Positions 18,314 to 33,475 of a stretch of DNA of 64,000 nucleotides are shown here, in pieces. The stretch comes from the human T2T-CHM13v2.0 reference genome, Homo sapiens. The stretch is from NCBI RefSeq assembly GCF_009914755.1, contig NC_060930.1; one strand, written 5' to 3'. The notes under the pieces were generated by a model. That model did no database searches, had not been told where the DNA came from, and saw only the letters and a list, made by a program, of their open reading frames with translations. The position numbers were made by a program, and so were the translations under genes. How positions within the stretch are numbered: position 1 is the first letter of the stretch; the number at the start of each line of letters is the position of its first letter.

Positions 18314-20369
18314 CCAATGACTCCATCAAAAATTTTTTATAACTGACAAAAAAATTCAGTAAGTTTGCAGGATACACAATTAATATTCAAAAATAAGTAG
18401 CATTTCTATATACCAATAATGAAGTGCCCTAGAAAGAAAGAAAGAAGGTGATCACATTTACAATAGTTATAACATTAAGTAAAATTCCTAGGAATAAATT
18501 TAGCCAATAGCTGCAAGATGTCTATAAGAAAATCTATAAAACGTGGATGAAATAAATTAAAGAGGACATAAATGAAACTCATGAACTCATGTTAATGAGT
18601 TGGAAGCATTAATATTATTAAAGTGGCCATATTGCCCAAAGCAATATATAGATTTCATGAAAGCCCTATCAAAATTCTAACAACATTTTTCACAGAAATA
18701 GGAAAAAAAATTCTAAAATTCTTGTAATACCAATAAATGAGCCTGAATAGCCAAAGCAACCTTGAGCAAATAGAACAGATCTGGAGGCATTATACTCTGT
18801 GACTTCCAAAACATATTACAAAACACCATCGTATTGGTATAAAAATAGACACATACACTAATGAGACAGTATAGAGAGTCCAGAAGTAAAACCACATATT
18901 TTCAGCCAATTGATCTTCAACAAAGCTTTCAAGGACATACATTGGGGAAATAACACTCTCTTCAGTAAATGGTGCTGGAGAAACTGGATAACCACATGCA
19001 GAAGAATAAAACTGCATACCTATATTTCACCATATTCAAAAGTCAACCCAAGATAGATTAAGGACTTAAAGGTAAGACCTGAAACTGTAAAACTACTGGA
19101 AGAAAACAAACGTAAAATTCTTCAGGACATTGATATAGGCAAAAATTTTACGGTTAAGATCTCAATAGCACAGGCAAGAAAATAAAAAACAGACAAACGG
19201 GACTATATTAAGTTTAAAAGCTTCTGCACAGCAAAATAAACAATCAACAGCCTAAAGAGGCAACATTTTGAATGGGAGAAAAATATTTGCAAATTACTCA
19301 TCTGATAGGGGACTAATATCCAATATATACAGGCCACTCAAACAACTCAGCAGTGAAAAACAAATACTTTTATTTTAAAATGGGCAAAGGACATGAATAG
19401 ACATTTCTCCAAAGAAGACATAAATGGTCAAAAGGTATATATGAAAAAATGGTGAATTTTAATCATCAAGGAAATGAAAATACAATTTGTCAATTTTTGT
19501 AGAATGCAGAGAAAGCAGTGTTTAGAAAGAAATTTATAATAGTATATGTGTACATTAGAACAGAAAATATAGGAGATTGTAGATAACTTCAAGTAGGAAG
19601 CTTCTGTTAAATAATGATGGCAGTGCATTAAGGAGAAAGTAGATGGAAAATAATATATTCATGAGGATAAGCTAATCTTTTAAGAAACATGTTTTTTGAA
19701 ATATAACTTGGAAGTGTTTGGAATGCTACGATATGAGCCGGATTCAAATAAACTAATCATCTAAAATACCTATGCATCACCTGCTTATAATGCCTTTGTC
19801 TTTTCATCAGTTTAAATCTTGGAATACTATTCCTAAAATTGAAGGAAACACTCAGTAAATGACTAAGTGTTTCTGGTACAAATAGAGTTAACTATATTGC
19901 ATACATAAGTAGATTCCTGAGGAAAGGAGGCAGGGGACATAATTGTAAAGTAGGTATGGCAGTTGGAGAAAGGGATGAGAAAGTGATCAGGGAAATCTGG
20001 AGACTGAGACACTGGCCTGGGAAGAAAATGCCAAGGCTGATACCACACAGGGATGGGGCCTGGCAGTCAGCCTTGATTCCTGCATCTTCTTTCCCAACAC
20101 ATGCCATGCTTTAGCAATTCCTGCCAACTTTTTCTGTGAAATATGTCTATGTGTGGGCCTGCACCTCTCTGATTTGCTGCCACTGTCCTAGCCAAAATCA
20201 CCATCTGGATTATTGCAGTGCCCTCCACACAGGTTCTGCCAACTTTCTCCCTTTCTCCTCTCTAATCCACTCTCTACTCAGCAGCCAGAATGATAATTTG
20301 AAAAGTTCCCACTCAAAATTCTTTCCCAGTTGAAATATTCTCACTGCTTGCCATCTCAGAAAGCATAAA

Positions 20370-22683
20370 CCACATACAACAAACCCACACCTAGTATCAT
20401 ACTGAACAGGGGAAAACTGAAAACCTATCTTCTAAGATCTAGAACAAGACAAGGATGCTGACTTTTATCACTTTTATTCAACATAGTACTGAACGTTCTA
20501 GCCAGAGCAATGAGACAAGAGAAATAAATAAAAAGCATTCAAATTAGAAAGGAAGAAGTCAATTAGAAAGGAAGAAGTCAAATTATCCTGGATAGCAGAT
20601 GATATCATCTTATATTTAGAAAAATGCAGACATTACCAAAAAACTATTAGAACTGGCAAATAAATTCAGTAAACGTTCAGTTTACAAAATCAACACACAA
20701 AAAATTAGTAGCATTTCTATATGCCAATAGCAAACAATTTGAAAAAAAAACCAAGAAAGTAATTCCATTTACAATGGCTACAAATAAAATATCTAAAAAT
20801 TAACAAAAGAAGGGAAAGATCTTTTCAATTAAAACTATAAAACATTGATAAAATAAATTGAAGAAGACACAAAAAATGAAAAGATAGCCCATGTTCATGG
20901 ATTGGAAGCATCAATATTGTTTAAATGTTCATACTACCCAAAGCAATCTACAGATTCAATGCAATCCCTATCAAAATATCAATGACATTCTTCACAAAAA
21001 AACTTAACATTTATATGAAACCACAAAAGATCCAGAATTACCAAAGCCACCCTGAGCAAAAATAACAAAACTGGAAAAATCACATTATCTGACTTCGAAT
21101 TATACTACAAAGCTATAGTAACAAAAACAGCATGGTACTGGCATAAAAACAGACACAAAGACCAATGGAACAGAATTAAAAAACCCCAAAATCAATTCAT
21201 GCCTTTCTACCAACTTGTTTTTGATAAAGGTGCCAAGAACATACATTGGAGAAAGGACAGTCTTCAACAAATGGTGTTGGGAAAACTGGATATCCATATG
21301 CAAAAGAATGAAACTAGATTATTTCTCACCATATATAAAAATCAACTCAAAATGGATTAAAGGCTCAAATCTCAGATGTGAAACTGTGAAACTACTAGAA
21401 AAAACACATTTGGGAGTCATTCCAGGGTATTCAGCTAGGCAAAGATTTCTTAAGTAACACCTTGAAGGCACAGGTGATGAAAGTGAAAATGGACAACAGA
21501 GATCACATCAAGATAAAAAGCTTCTGCATAGCAAAGGAAACAATTAATAAAATAAAGAGACAACTCACAGATTAGAAGAAAATATTTGCAAACTAACCAT
21601 CTGACAAGGGATTAAGAACCAGAATGTATAAAGAGCTCAAACAACTCAATAGTAGAAAAACAATCTGGTTAAAAATGGGCAAAAGATCTGAATAGACATT
21701 TTTTTTAAAAAAGAAGACATATATATGGTCAACAGGTATAATAAAAAAATGCTCTTCATCACAAATCAGAGAAATGATAATCAAAACTACAATGAGATAT
21801 CATTTCTCCCCTGTTAAAATGGCTTTTATTCCAAAGACAGTCTGTAACAAGCTGGTGAGGATGTGGAGAAAGGGGAACCCACATACACTGTTGGTGGGAG
21901 TGTAAATTAGTACGGCTACTATGGAGAACAGTATGGAGTTTCCAAAAAAAAAAAAACAAAAAACTAAAAATAGAACTACCATGTGATACAGCAGTCCTAC
22001 TGCTGAGTATATACCCAAAAGAAAGGAAATCAGTCTATTGAAGAGACATCTGCACTCTGACGTTTATTGCACTAGTATTCACAATAGCTAAGATATGGAT
22101 CAACCTAAGTGCCCATCAAAGGATAAATGGATAAAGTATGGTACATATACACAGTAGAATATTATTCAGCTGTAAAAAGAATAAAATCCTGTCATTTGCA
22201 GCCACATGGATGGAACTGGGGTTCATTGTGTTAAGTAAAATTATCCAGCCACAGAAAGACAATGTTTTCTGTTCTCCCATGTTATCACTAATACGTGGGA
22301 GCTAAAAAAAAAATATATATATGAATTAATGAAGATAGCAGAATGATGGATACCAGAGGCTGAAAGGGTAGCAATGAGTGGAGGATAAAGTGGGGAAGGT
22401 TAATTGGTACAAATGAGAGTTAGAATGAATAAAGTCTATTATTCAGTAGCACAATACAGTGATTATAGTAAACAATAATTTATTGTTTATTTTTAAATAA
22501 TTAAAGTGTAGAATTGGAATATTCTGAACACAAAGAAATGATAAATGCTGGAGGGGTTGCATAGTTCAGTTACCCTGATTTGATCATTACACATTATATG
22601 ACAGTATCAAAACATCACATGTATCCAATAAATATATACAAATATTATATACCATAATAATTAAAAATAAAACATATTAAAAA
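20370..22683 (+). mobile_element. 5'-truncated L1MA3/L1MA4-like element inserted into an L2 (L2 pieces at about 20160-20365 and 22690-22965)
   Basis: ORF2 3' half (track 21215) plus L1MA-type 3'UTR ending TACCCTGATTTGATCATTACACATT...AAAACATCACATGTA...AATAATTAAAAATAAAA. Confidence 0.82.
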
Positions 22684-23559
22684 TAATTGCTTTGGCCTAT
22701 AAAGTGCTGACTTAATTGAATATTTTTACAATTTTGATTTCATTTTCAGCCACTCTGCTTATTATTCACTCTGGGATTGGCTTTTTCTTCACTAAGCCCA
22801 CTTCTCACACTTTCTTTCAAAACACTTCCCAATATTTGTAACTACATAGTTAACTGTTACTTTTTTATCTTTCTCTCCACCAATCAATAAACTTCATGAA
22901 GCCCAGTTTTATATTTGTAGCAAGAACAGTGCTCAATAATTATTTACTGAATAGATGCATGAACACCTGAGGTCAGTGAGCTTGGGGAGCAGGGAAAGGG
23001 AATACCGAAATTTCTAACTGGACTATTAGCTGATGTCATTCTGAAAACACTCAGAGTCTTTTAAAGCTTTTGATAACTGAACAAACAAAAGGCAATCTAA
23101 ATAAAAACTAATTTAATTACTATTTTAACTGTCTTTCCAAATTATTGGTACAAAATTATATGGTATAACAGTATTAATTGTTTACCCAAGTGCATCCTAT
23201 TTTTCATTGACTGTTCATGTATTAAGTGTGAAATTTTAATTCTCTTTTGTAATAGATCTATTTCTATATTTTAGTTCATTTGATTTAAAAATACAACTTA
23301 ATGACTTGATAATGATAATATCAATAGATATTATTTATTTGAGTGTATTTTTCTGTACAAGATACTCTTCTTGAAGTGTGCTATCTCAATCCTCCTAACA
23401 ACATCTAGCTGTCCACATTACTACCCTAAATAAATATATGAGGTATCTACAGGTCAGAGAGCCTTGGTAACTTGCTGAGGATCACACAGCCAGTAGATGA
23501 CAAAATCAAATCTTAAGCTCAGGGTTATTCAGCTTCAACATTTTTTTCTTTTTTCTCAG

Positions 23560-23658
23560 TACGGCCTTACCACCAGCCATTGTTTTTGGTCAGAGATGAT
23601 GATGCATTCTTGGATGGACTAGATTTTCAGCAAAGGAGCTGCTTTTCACATATGATAT
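23560..23658 (+). other. Candidate internal exon, 99 nt, phase 1-1
   Basis: Strong acceptor TTTTTTTCTTTTTTCTCAG; TAT|GTAAGA donor; only one open frame ([32 protein letters not shown]). Confidence 0.4.
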
Positions 23659-23693
23659 GTAAGAAATAAATACGAAGATGTCATAAAAAATAA

Positions 23694-24040
<347 letters not shown>

Positions 24041-24255
24041 TTGGATATTTGATTAAGAAATTTGAACATATCTTCATGTTTGCTCAAAGCTGAAACACCT
24101 AATTGATTCAGCCAGATCACTCCCAGTCAAAAAGAAAATGAACCACTGGAGTGAAAACAATTACTTCATTGGAATTTCCTCTCTTTGTTTTGGCTAATGC
24201 CATGGCTATGTATTTTGGTTATTAAAAAATAATCTCTTTCCTTTCACCTTCCCAG

Positions 24256-24563
24256 GTTTCAGCTCCCCTCTAAGTAGACAGTCCAGTTTGAGCTCCTCCT
24301 CAGCATGCCTGCCTTCGCCATTGTTCACTGTCTGTCTACCTCACTGCCAGCCCCTCGGAAGCTGGGGACTATGTGTCTTTCTTTTAATCTCACATCACAT
24401 TGTGGAAGGCTATAGTTGGCACTCTGGCTCTGAGGCTGCTTTCTGTCCTAACAACAAACCCTACATTGAGATACCCATCCCAGGAGTGGCCTTTGTATCT
24501 TCACACACTGGGGCACTCACTCCAGGACATTTAGCTGCTCTGTTATCCATTTATGTGAAGTGA
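24256..24563 (+). other. Candidate terminal coding exon (101 open codons) or lncRNA exon
   Basis: Acceptor CTCTTTCCTTTCACCTTCCCAG; open in phase 1 to TGA at 24561-24563; ATG|GTAAGG donor at 24583/24584; AATAAA at 24724 and 24831. Confidence 0.4.
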
Positions 24564-25299
24564 CCTGAAGTCCCCTGGGAATGGTAAGGGCAAGGTCAGA
24601 GCACAATGGCGTTTCCTTGAGAACGTGGCTGTCTCTCTTATTGTCTCTTCCTCCTTCACTTCAGTGATTATCAGCAGGCACTCTAATTCCTACTCCAAAG
24701 AGAATTGTTTTATCTCAGTCCTTAATAAAAGTTTAATAACAGAGCACTTTGGTGAGCTCACGTTAGTGAGATTTTATTTCACCTAATATACCAGCGTATT
24801 ATGCACTTGAGTAATCTATGTGCCGTTGTAAATAAAGTAAACAACATATATTTACAGAACTAAGCAAACTACATTTTATGATGGTATCCTTGAAACTTTC
24901 ACACTCTGATCAGTAATAGCTCTCCCACTCATTAACGTGCATCAGTGAGAAGCTCCTCTAATTAGCTATAAACTTACTGCTGAATAGCAGTCATTTCAAG
25001 TACCGTTTGTTATTAAAACAAATACCTGGAAATTACACTATTAGTACAAAAATCAATCCAATTTTAAGCACAACATTAAAGCAAACTTAACACCCTCACT
25101 CCCATATGCAACATGCTATCAGCAAGTTTTCTTTATAATTGAGGGCCTCTACTAAACCAGGACCCAGTAGAAACATTCATGGAGCCAAGAAGGGAATAAA
25201 GGCATTTCCTCAATTTTTACAAATACTTTGAAAGAAAGGCAGATTGACAACAATTTTTGAAAAGATGGAAATTCTAGTCTCAGTAATCCTGCTTGGATT

Positions 25300-26240
25300 C
25301 AGTTTTGTCTAACTGATGAATATTTTGAAGCACTTACTCTGTTCCAGGCATTGAAGCTGCAGAGATGATGAAGATACTGTCTTGGCTGTCAAGAAACTTA
25401 CCACATTATAGGAAGTGGGATGGGGAGAGACGGTTGAGGTGTATACATAAATGCATACATCATGATGGTGAAAACCAAAAGATGTCCAGAGATTTCTGAG
25501 CATTGGTGGATTCAGATTAAGAGGGAAAAGCTTGAGAAAGAAGGTTTGTAGGTTTATTTAGGCTTCATGTAATTAACAAAATATATGGCATTTGAAGGTA
25601 GCATAGCACAATTTAAGGCAATAGGATGGGCACAAACATTCAGTTTTAGTCTCGTCACCACCGTTTGTTAGCTATGTCACCATTTCTACCATTAAGTAAC
25701 TGGGTGGGCCATGTGTCTTGGACTTAGAATATTTAACATGGAAACATTGTAGCACTAAAATGATGTAAGTAAAGCTTAAATCACAGTACCTGATGAGAGT
25801 AGGGTCTCATTAATGTCTACTCCTTTTCTTTCCCAATTCTTTCTCTGCCTCTCTACTCCATCTTTCTTCATCCCACATATCTTAATCTAGAATTCCAGAC
25901 CTTTTCACTGCCCTCCAATCTTAGGTAGTGTCCTTCTACCATATCCAAGGCATTTCTTTTGCTAGAAATGCCCTCCTTTTCCTTACCTTGCTTGGCATGT
26001 CAGAATTCTATTATTTCCTGTGTGCCGTAAATGCTGCTTCCTCAACCAGGACTATCCTGATCTCTCCAACTGTACTTTTTCCTCCTTCTGAATTTTCATT
26101 GCATTTTGCATATCTTTCTTCATTCCTGTCACATTACATTATACATTGTACTTACCTATAGGCACGTCTTATTTATTTTAAGCACAGTAGGAATTGGGGT
26201 TAAATTGCTTGATACATCTGTAGCACGTAAAACAGTGCAG
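25300..26240. mobile_element. Cluster of L2 and MIR fragments
   Basis: L2 3' end antisense (about 25305-25560), MIR sense (about 25600-25810), pyrimidine-rich L2 sense (about 25830-26240). Confidence 0.45.
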
Positions 26241-26242
26241 TA

Positions 26243-26597
<355 letters not shown>

Positions 26598-27222
26598 TTA
26601 TTTCATAATTATTTTTAAGCTGGTATAAATTCTTCTGTTAAATAAATTAGTTAAATGTCCTTGGATTTAAAATATTTGTACATGAAATTTACCTCACAGA
26701 ATAGTATGAAAATCAGAAGACTGAAAGATTAAGTGTATACTGAATCACTGCAGGACCAGCAGGTTGGCTCCATATATTCTTAGATGATAAAAAGGTCTTT
26801 GTTCATAATCACTTTAGTATTAGACAAAGAGCTCATTATATTTATCTCCTAAAATTTGACTTGGGCTCAGGAGAGTTGCCCTAAATTGAGAGAAAAAAAG
26901 GAACTTGCAATGCGACTGGACACTACAAGCCATTGAAAACCATATATTTAAAGAATATTCAATGACATGGGGGAAATTCTATGAAATATTAAAAAAGTTA
27001 TAGGATGCTAAATTTTAATTTTAGTATATTATTTAAATTTTATATCAGACAAAACAAAGTGTACTGAAATGTAACCAAATCTTTTAAGTAACTACATCTG
27101 GATAAAATAAAATAGTGATGATTTTTATTTTGTTTTATTTTTGTGTATTTTATATATATTTTTCAATAAACAATTATTACTTTTATAATCAGGATAACAA
27201 TAAAAATGTATTTGTAATAAAG

Positions 27223-27430
27223 TAGTGGTTTTTCAACCAGGAGTGATTTTGTCCTTAAGGGGTTTATTGCAATTTCTGGAGATATATTTGTCATACCTGG
27301 TTGTGCTATTGGCATCTAGTGGGTAAAGGCTAGTGATGCTGCTATTAATATCTTCCTACAATGTACAGGGCAGCCCCCACAACAAAGAATTAGCCCCAAA
27401 TGTCAATAATGCTGAAGTAGAGAAACCCTG
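27223..27430 (+). mobile_element. MER20 (hAT-Charlie MITE)
   Basis: TAGTGGTTTTTCAACC...GGCATCTAGTGGGTAAAGGC...CAGCCCCCACAACAAAGAATT...GAGAAACCCTG. Confidence 0.88.
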
Positions 27431-29059
27431 AAATATAGAGAATGCAACCAAAATATATGGAATGAGGAAATGATTTACCAAATCATGGTACAACACTTAA
27501 TATAATGGACTATTATGCAGGTCTTAAAACTTACACTGCCAAAATGCTTATTGAGATGTCAGTCTCACTAAGTCTTTTTCAACCTGAGAAGTTTACATTT
27601 CCTCATACAACAGCTCTTTGGTATATTCTAAGTTATATTATCTTTTGTTTTATACATGTTCTTTTATGTTCCTAACAAAGAGGAGGATTCTTTAGAAGTA
27701 GGATCCCCATTTATTTACAGTTTCCCTCAACATCCCTTACTTACACAGTGCTAATATAAGAAAGACAATCTAGTTGTTATGGTTATTCATTCATAACCCT
27801 TGAAGTAAATACTCTTTTAGTTGTGTATGCCTGAACTCCAACTCAAACAATATTCCTCAATATTATGTCAAATAGGCATATATGTTATGTCTGTATGTCT
27901 ATCTATCTATATACCTACCTATCTATCTACCTATCATCTATGTTTTGTCAGTCTATCCATCTATCTAAAAATATTGTGGTAGCTCACAGGGCAAGAGGAA
28001 AAGTTGCAGAATTGAGCATAGCTCCTGGGATCTTAGGAACTCAGGATGCAACAAAAGCAATGTCTTTACCTCTCATCTCTTTATCTCCCAGTGTGTCAAT
28101 TTAATTCTTTCAGGCTTTCCTATATAGTAAGGCTCCAACATTTATCAGCTCTGGTGTCATATTTTATATGGTCGTGACAATGAAGGAATGAAAAATTCTT
28201 TCATGATGACTTAAAATTCCAGCAGAAAGATCTTGGAGACAGCCAGTGGCGTACCTTTGTTATATATCTATCTTTAGACCAAACCATGGAGAGGGATATG
28301 GGTTATCATTAATGCCAAACCATGCTAGTGTTTGTGGTAAGGTAAGTTAGGGTCTATCTTTTGAAGAGAGAAGAGGCACTGGGTGGTCAAAAACAATAAT
28401 ATGAAATTGTACCGAAGATATTTCACTTAGCATAAGAATGGCACTATGCACTCCAGAGTTCAATGCCCACATGATAGATACCCCCTCCGTTCCTTGAAGA
28501 TGGTATTTGATTTCTTGGGAGGACCTTTTTGCTTTCATTTTATCTGTTAGTATTTGGGAACAACTTAAACTTTAATGTCATCTTGTTGTAGTTATTCATT
28601 GATAGCACACCAATAAGGCATTCAGCTTAATGTTTCAAGATTATTTGTTTATTAACATTATGTAGGATTATAAATATAAGACAAATGTGAACACTCAGTT
28701 ACACTGAAGTATTATGCACTGAAATATTATGAAAGCCATTCCAGAAAGTGTACCTGTCCCTTGATATTTCAGGAGATAATGTGAATGTGCTGCACAACCC
28801 CAAGCCAATCCAAGGATTTTGTATTAAGGAAGAGGCCATATTTATCATTAGCAAATCCAGACATTACCAAGATTGAAATACAATTTCCTGAGATCTTTTC
28901 TTGACATCGTTACAAGTTATGTTTAGAGGAAAATGCCAGCCCAGATAATCAAGAAACGTGCTTTCAAATAATACTTTAGCACTGAAGCAATGCTACTTGC
29001 TAGCAATGTAACTCTGATTGGTGGAGGTGAAGGACAGTAATGATGACAAGAAACCTGAG

Positions 29060-30380
29060 TAATATTGAAACCATTCCATTTAAAGCAATGATTGATATAG
29101 TTGGATTAATAGCTACTTTGTTTGTAATCATTTTCTGTTTATTACACTTATTCTTTGATATTTTTTCCTTCTGTTCTTTTGCTGCCACTTCTGTATAAAT
29201 TGAACATTTCATATAATTCTATCTGTTCTCATCTCTTAGCATATCAATTATTCTTTAAAAAATTTTAGTAGTTTTTCTAGAATTTGAAATACATATTTAC
29301 AAGTAATTAGAGCCTACTTTTAAACGCTATAATGCTTTACACTTGGTGCAGGTACCTTATAACAAAGTATATACCATTTCCTACCTCCTGTGTCTTAGAA
29401 CATTTCCATCATTTACTTTACTTATCCACATGCTGTAATCACCCAACAAATTGTTACTATTATTACTTTGAATAGTCACCCATTAGATCAATTATGAATA
29501 AGAAAAATAAGATTTCATGTTGCAATGGCTATGGAGGCTAAAGTTTCCAAATTCCTCTAGTGTTCTCATTTTTGTCTCCCTTCTTGACTTTGGGGCTTAC
29601 CTTCGTACTGCTTCTCAAAGGGTATTGGGCTCCTTGCAGCTCTTTGAGCTATGATCCTCTGTTATCTCTTGGACTCCTATTGATATGATATGGAGGAGAG
29701 AAATAATTTTATAATTAAATATTATTCTTTTAGTGGGCCTGTGTCCCTAGTTTATGACTTTCACAAGTATTTCTTAGTTTCCCTCCCATTCTCCAGTAGG
29801 GAGATAGAAAAGTTAGAAGGTGATGAAGGAAGTACCATCTGTCAAGTGGGATAAGGCTCTGGTAACATCTGTTACCCTGGAAAGTAGGCTTATCTGTGTT
29901 ATTTGGAATACTCTGGGCCTATTTCAAAATGGTTACTTCTTCTCCCCATCAGAAAAACAAGGGATTTTTTTTTTCTATGTTCTTCACTGCGAAAATCTGT
30001 TGGGGTTTTTGGAATTTAAATTTATGAAAGTTTCTTAGGGTTTCTCCCTAAGTCTACAGCCCCAAGGAGTTTCTCATTCTCATATTATCTCACACTCACC
30101 CTCCAATAATTTGTCAACATTGTTATTTAAGAGTTCTCACCAGTTTACGGCTCCATCTGCTTTTGCTTGCTTTTGCTCTATATAAGCTGATCTGTACTGT
30201 GATTCTCTTTACTCATCTGACTCTCCAAATTTTGGGGTGACAATTTGCCTTGCCACCATCTCACTTTTCTGATGGGTCTAAGTGAAGTGATAAATTTCAC
30301 TTTGTTCAGTTGGACTCTTGTAAAGACAGGAGTGACAACTTCTAAGTTCTTTCCATGTCAGAATTAAAACCAGAAGTCCT
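29060..30380 (-). mobile_element. L1MC/L1MD 5' region and ORF2-start fragments
   Basis: Antisense ORF2-start motif CCATTCCATTTAAAGCAATGATTGATATAGTTGGA; antisense 5'-end motif TCTCCAAATTTTGGGGTGACAATTTGCCTTG. Confidence 0.55.
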
Positions 30381-30454
30381 AAATAATCTTTAAAGACATT
30401 TTAATGATTATTAGGTTTTTGTTTCAATATCCATTGGAATATGTATCAAATTTG

Positions 30455-30700
30455 GTACCCATGGTAATTCTTACTCTTTTCTCAAATATTGTTAAACATC
30501 TAACAAAATGTTGCTTAATAACAATGTTTATTTCCCTGTATGTGATCTCCAGAGAGCTATCAGACTCTTTTCGTGATTATTGTACCCATGGTAACTCTCA
30601 TTCTGTTCTCAAAAATCCTTAACTATTCAAGAAAATGTTACTTAATGGTTAACTCTAATTCCCCAATACGCAATCTCCAGGGAGCTATCAGTCTCTTTTT
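30455..30700. repeat. Diverged tandem duplication, 127-bp period
   Basis: GTACCCATGGTAA at 30455 and 30582; both units contain TTCTCAAA, AAAATGTT-CTTAAT and ATCTCCAG-GAGCTATCAG-CTCTTTT. Confidence 0.85.
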
Positions 30701-31270
30701 TTGAATAAAATTTTGATCACTGTTTATAAGGAGGAGAAAATCAATAAACAAAAATCTTCTCATTAGTTGAGGCTTTGAGATTTGAATCTTTCCTTGCTGA
30801 AAGTAATTCCAAATAATAAAGCTTCCTAAAATAATTTGTTGCAGCCATCAACAGGATCCCTACTGTTTTACTTTCTTAATTTTGCAAATTATTATTATAT
30901 TACTATTTTTTTACTTCCCTTTCATTTAAAAATGTACCATTTAAACAAGTCAAATACTATAAAAATGGGGAGGAAGGAAAGAAAACTAATTTCTTAAATG
31001 ATTTGTTAATATTTATCATCAATTCACAAGATTTTTGCAATTTACTTTGCCAATTGTACTGTTATTGGTATTTTAAAAAATAAATCTAAACATACAATTT
31101 TCTTTCTAAAATTTGTTTGCAATAAGAATTATTTGGCAATATACTCATGTTAAATTTATTTTCTAAACATGCAATGCATGGTTCTCTGTAGTTAATTGTC
31201 TGAAAAGTAATTATATAAGACCACTGTATAATTATAATTTTACATACTTATTCACATATCCTTAACATAA

Positions 31271-31813
31271 TGAAATGGCTACTCTGTCTGGGGAATATAC
31301 CCTGGGGTTCATTGTTGCTCGCCAAAAAAGAATTCAGGACATGGACACGTGGGTGGGTTAAGGAGTGGAAAGTTTAATAGAAGAAAGGAAAGAAGAGAGC
31401 AACTCCTTTTGGGGGAGAGAGAGACGTCCGAAAAGTGGGGAGGCAGCAGACCACAGCAGATTTTAAAGGCAGGCTGGATTGGTCTGATCAGGTATGATAT
31501 CTACATAGTGGGAGGGGAAGGCTGGTGCCCCACCCTAATCTTACTATGCAAATGGCCTTTCCAATTGATAGGTGCCATCTTGTCTGCTTCTTACTGTACA
31601 TGCTGCTGACAAACAGAAGGGAAGAGGGAGCCACCATCTTGAGCACGATTGGCACAACTGCTGGTATCTATGTCTGGAGCTCGATTTTACAGGCTGCTCT
31701 TTGTTAGAAAGGAAAATAATTTGGGGCTGCTTTTCATTAAAAAGAAAAGCCTTACCAAGGACTCCCATACACTTACTATCTGCCTAGGTTATTTATTCTT
31801 AACTCCTGTATCA
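31271..31813 (-). mobile_element. Solo ERV1 LTR, LTR9/MER61 group
   Basis: TG...CA termini; minus strand begins TGATACAGGAGTTAAGAA...AGGCAGATAGTAAG...AATGAAAAGCAGCCCCAAAT; 4-bp TSD ATAA (31267-31270 / 31814-31817). Confidence 0.85.
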
Positions 31814-32199
31814 ATAAGGTTTAGCAGAGATATAAATTTTATAATTTATAGTATTTATAAGGTTATATTAATTACTATATTATTTTTCTGTCATTTCTAT
31901 TCTGTAAATAAAGAAGTAATAGTTAAGTGGAATATACTGTGTTAAATGTTTTCATAGGTTGTACTATTTAATTTCATTAATCTCTTCAAAACTATTTTTT
32001 CTTGCAAAAAAAGCATTGCCAATTATAAACAAGTTGAAACAATTTACAAGTGGTTCTTTGTACATTTTTATATAATTTAATTGATACATTTTATGTATCA
32101 ATTTATTCTTTGCCTCTATATCCAATCAGATTTATATTGAGAGCTTGGGAGTCAAGAGTTTTATATTGTTTTGTCTGAGTGGTTCATCTGTGGAAAATG

Positions 32200-33475
32200 T
32201 ATACCTCAACATTCTTTTCAAACAAATGCAAAGCTTTTATGAAGATAGATATATTCTGGGCCATAAAATGAGTGTCATAAACTTAAAGAGCCCATTTATA
32301 CAAAATATATTCCCTAACCATAGAACATTAAATTATAAATCAACAACAGAAAAATATCTGTGAAATCCAGAAATATTTGGAAGCTAAATAACAAACTTCA
32401 ATCTAACAGGTATTTCAAAGAAGAAAAATGTTTTTAAGTATATGAAAATGCAAGCATGACACATGAAAATTAAGGCATGCTACGAATGCAGTAACTAGGT
32501 GGAAATTATAACCACAAAAATCCTATAGTAGAAATAAAAAAAGTCTCAAATTAGTGTCCATAGCATTATCCTTGAGAAACTAGAAAAGCAAATTGAACCC
32601 AAATTAATCAGAGAAAGAAAACAATAATAAAGGCAGAAATCAATGAAATAGAAAACAGTAAAAACAATAATGAAATCAATGTAACAGCAATTCTGTGAAA
32701 TAATCAATAAAATGGATAAACCTCTATCTAGCCAGGCTAAACAGGATATGAAGAAGGAAGACACAAATTATCCATACCAGGATTGAGAGAGGTGGCATCA
32801 ATACAAATTCTACAAGCTATTAAAAGGATAATAAAAGAATATTCTTAATAACTTTATGGCCATAAATTCAACAACTTAGATGAAATGGACAAATTTCTTG
32901 AAAGACACAAACTCTCAATACTCGTACAATAAATAAAGTCTTCTCTATGTTAAAAAATATTCTGAAGAGTACTATATCCATTCATTGTATTTATAATTGC
33001 AAACTTTTCCACAAACTCCAGGCTCCCATCACTTCATTGGTGAATTCTTCTAGACGTTTAAAGAAGAAATAATACCTAAACAAATGTTTCCAGAAAATTT
33101 AAAAGAAGTTAATACTTAGTCAACACATTTTCTGAAGCCAGCATTACCTCAATTCCCAAACCCAAAGACACCACAAGAAAAAAATAACTACAGACTAATA
33201 GCTTTCATGAATATAAGTGTAAGCAATTCTTAATGAAAACTTAACAATTAAACATAGTATTATGTAAAAATATGACAGCATAACAATATGGAGTTTATCT
33301 CAGGAATTCGAGGGTAGTTTTATATTCAAAAATCAGTCAATATAATCAATATGTCAACAAACTAAAGAAAAACATGATCACTACAGTAGATACAGCAAAA
33401 GCACTTAACACAATCTCAAATTCACAGCTGATATAACATGTTCAGAGAATGAAAAGACAAAGCAAAGATTAGGAG
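32200..33475 (+). mobile_element. Old L1M ORF2 fragment, cut at the LTR12 junction
   Basis: Degenerate ORF2 (AAATTCAACAACTTAGATGAAATGGACAAATTTCTTGAAAGACAC; AGAGAATGAAAAGACAA). Confidence 0.75.

Larger units (their letters stand above)
13940..19483 (+). mobile_element. Near-full-length old L1 (L1MA1-4/L1PB-class), 3' end missing
   Basis: GC-richer 5'UTR; ORF1 remnants (track 15177, 15942) and ORF2 remnants (track 17625, 17873); heavily mutated; stops abruptly at about 19483. Confidence 0.82.
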
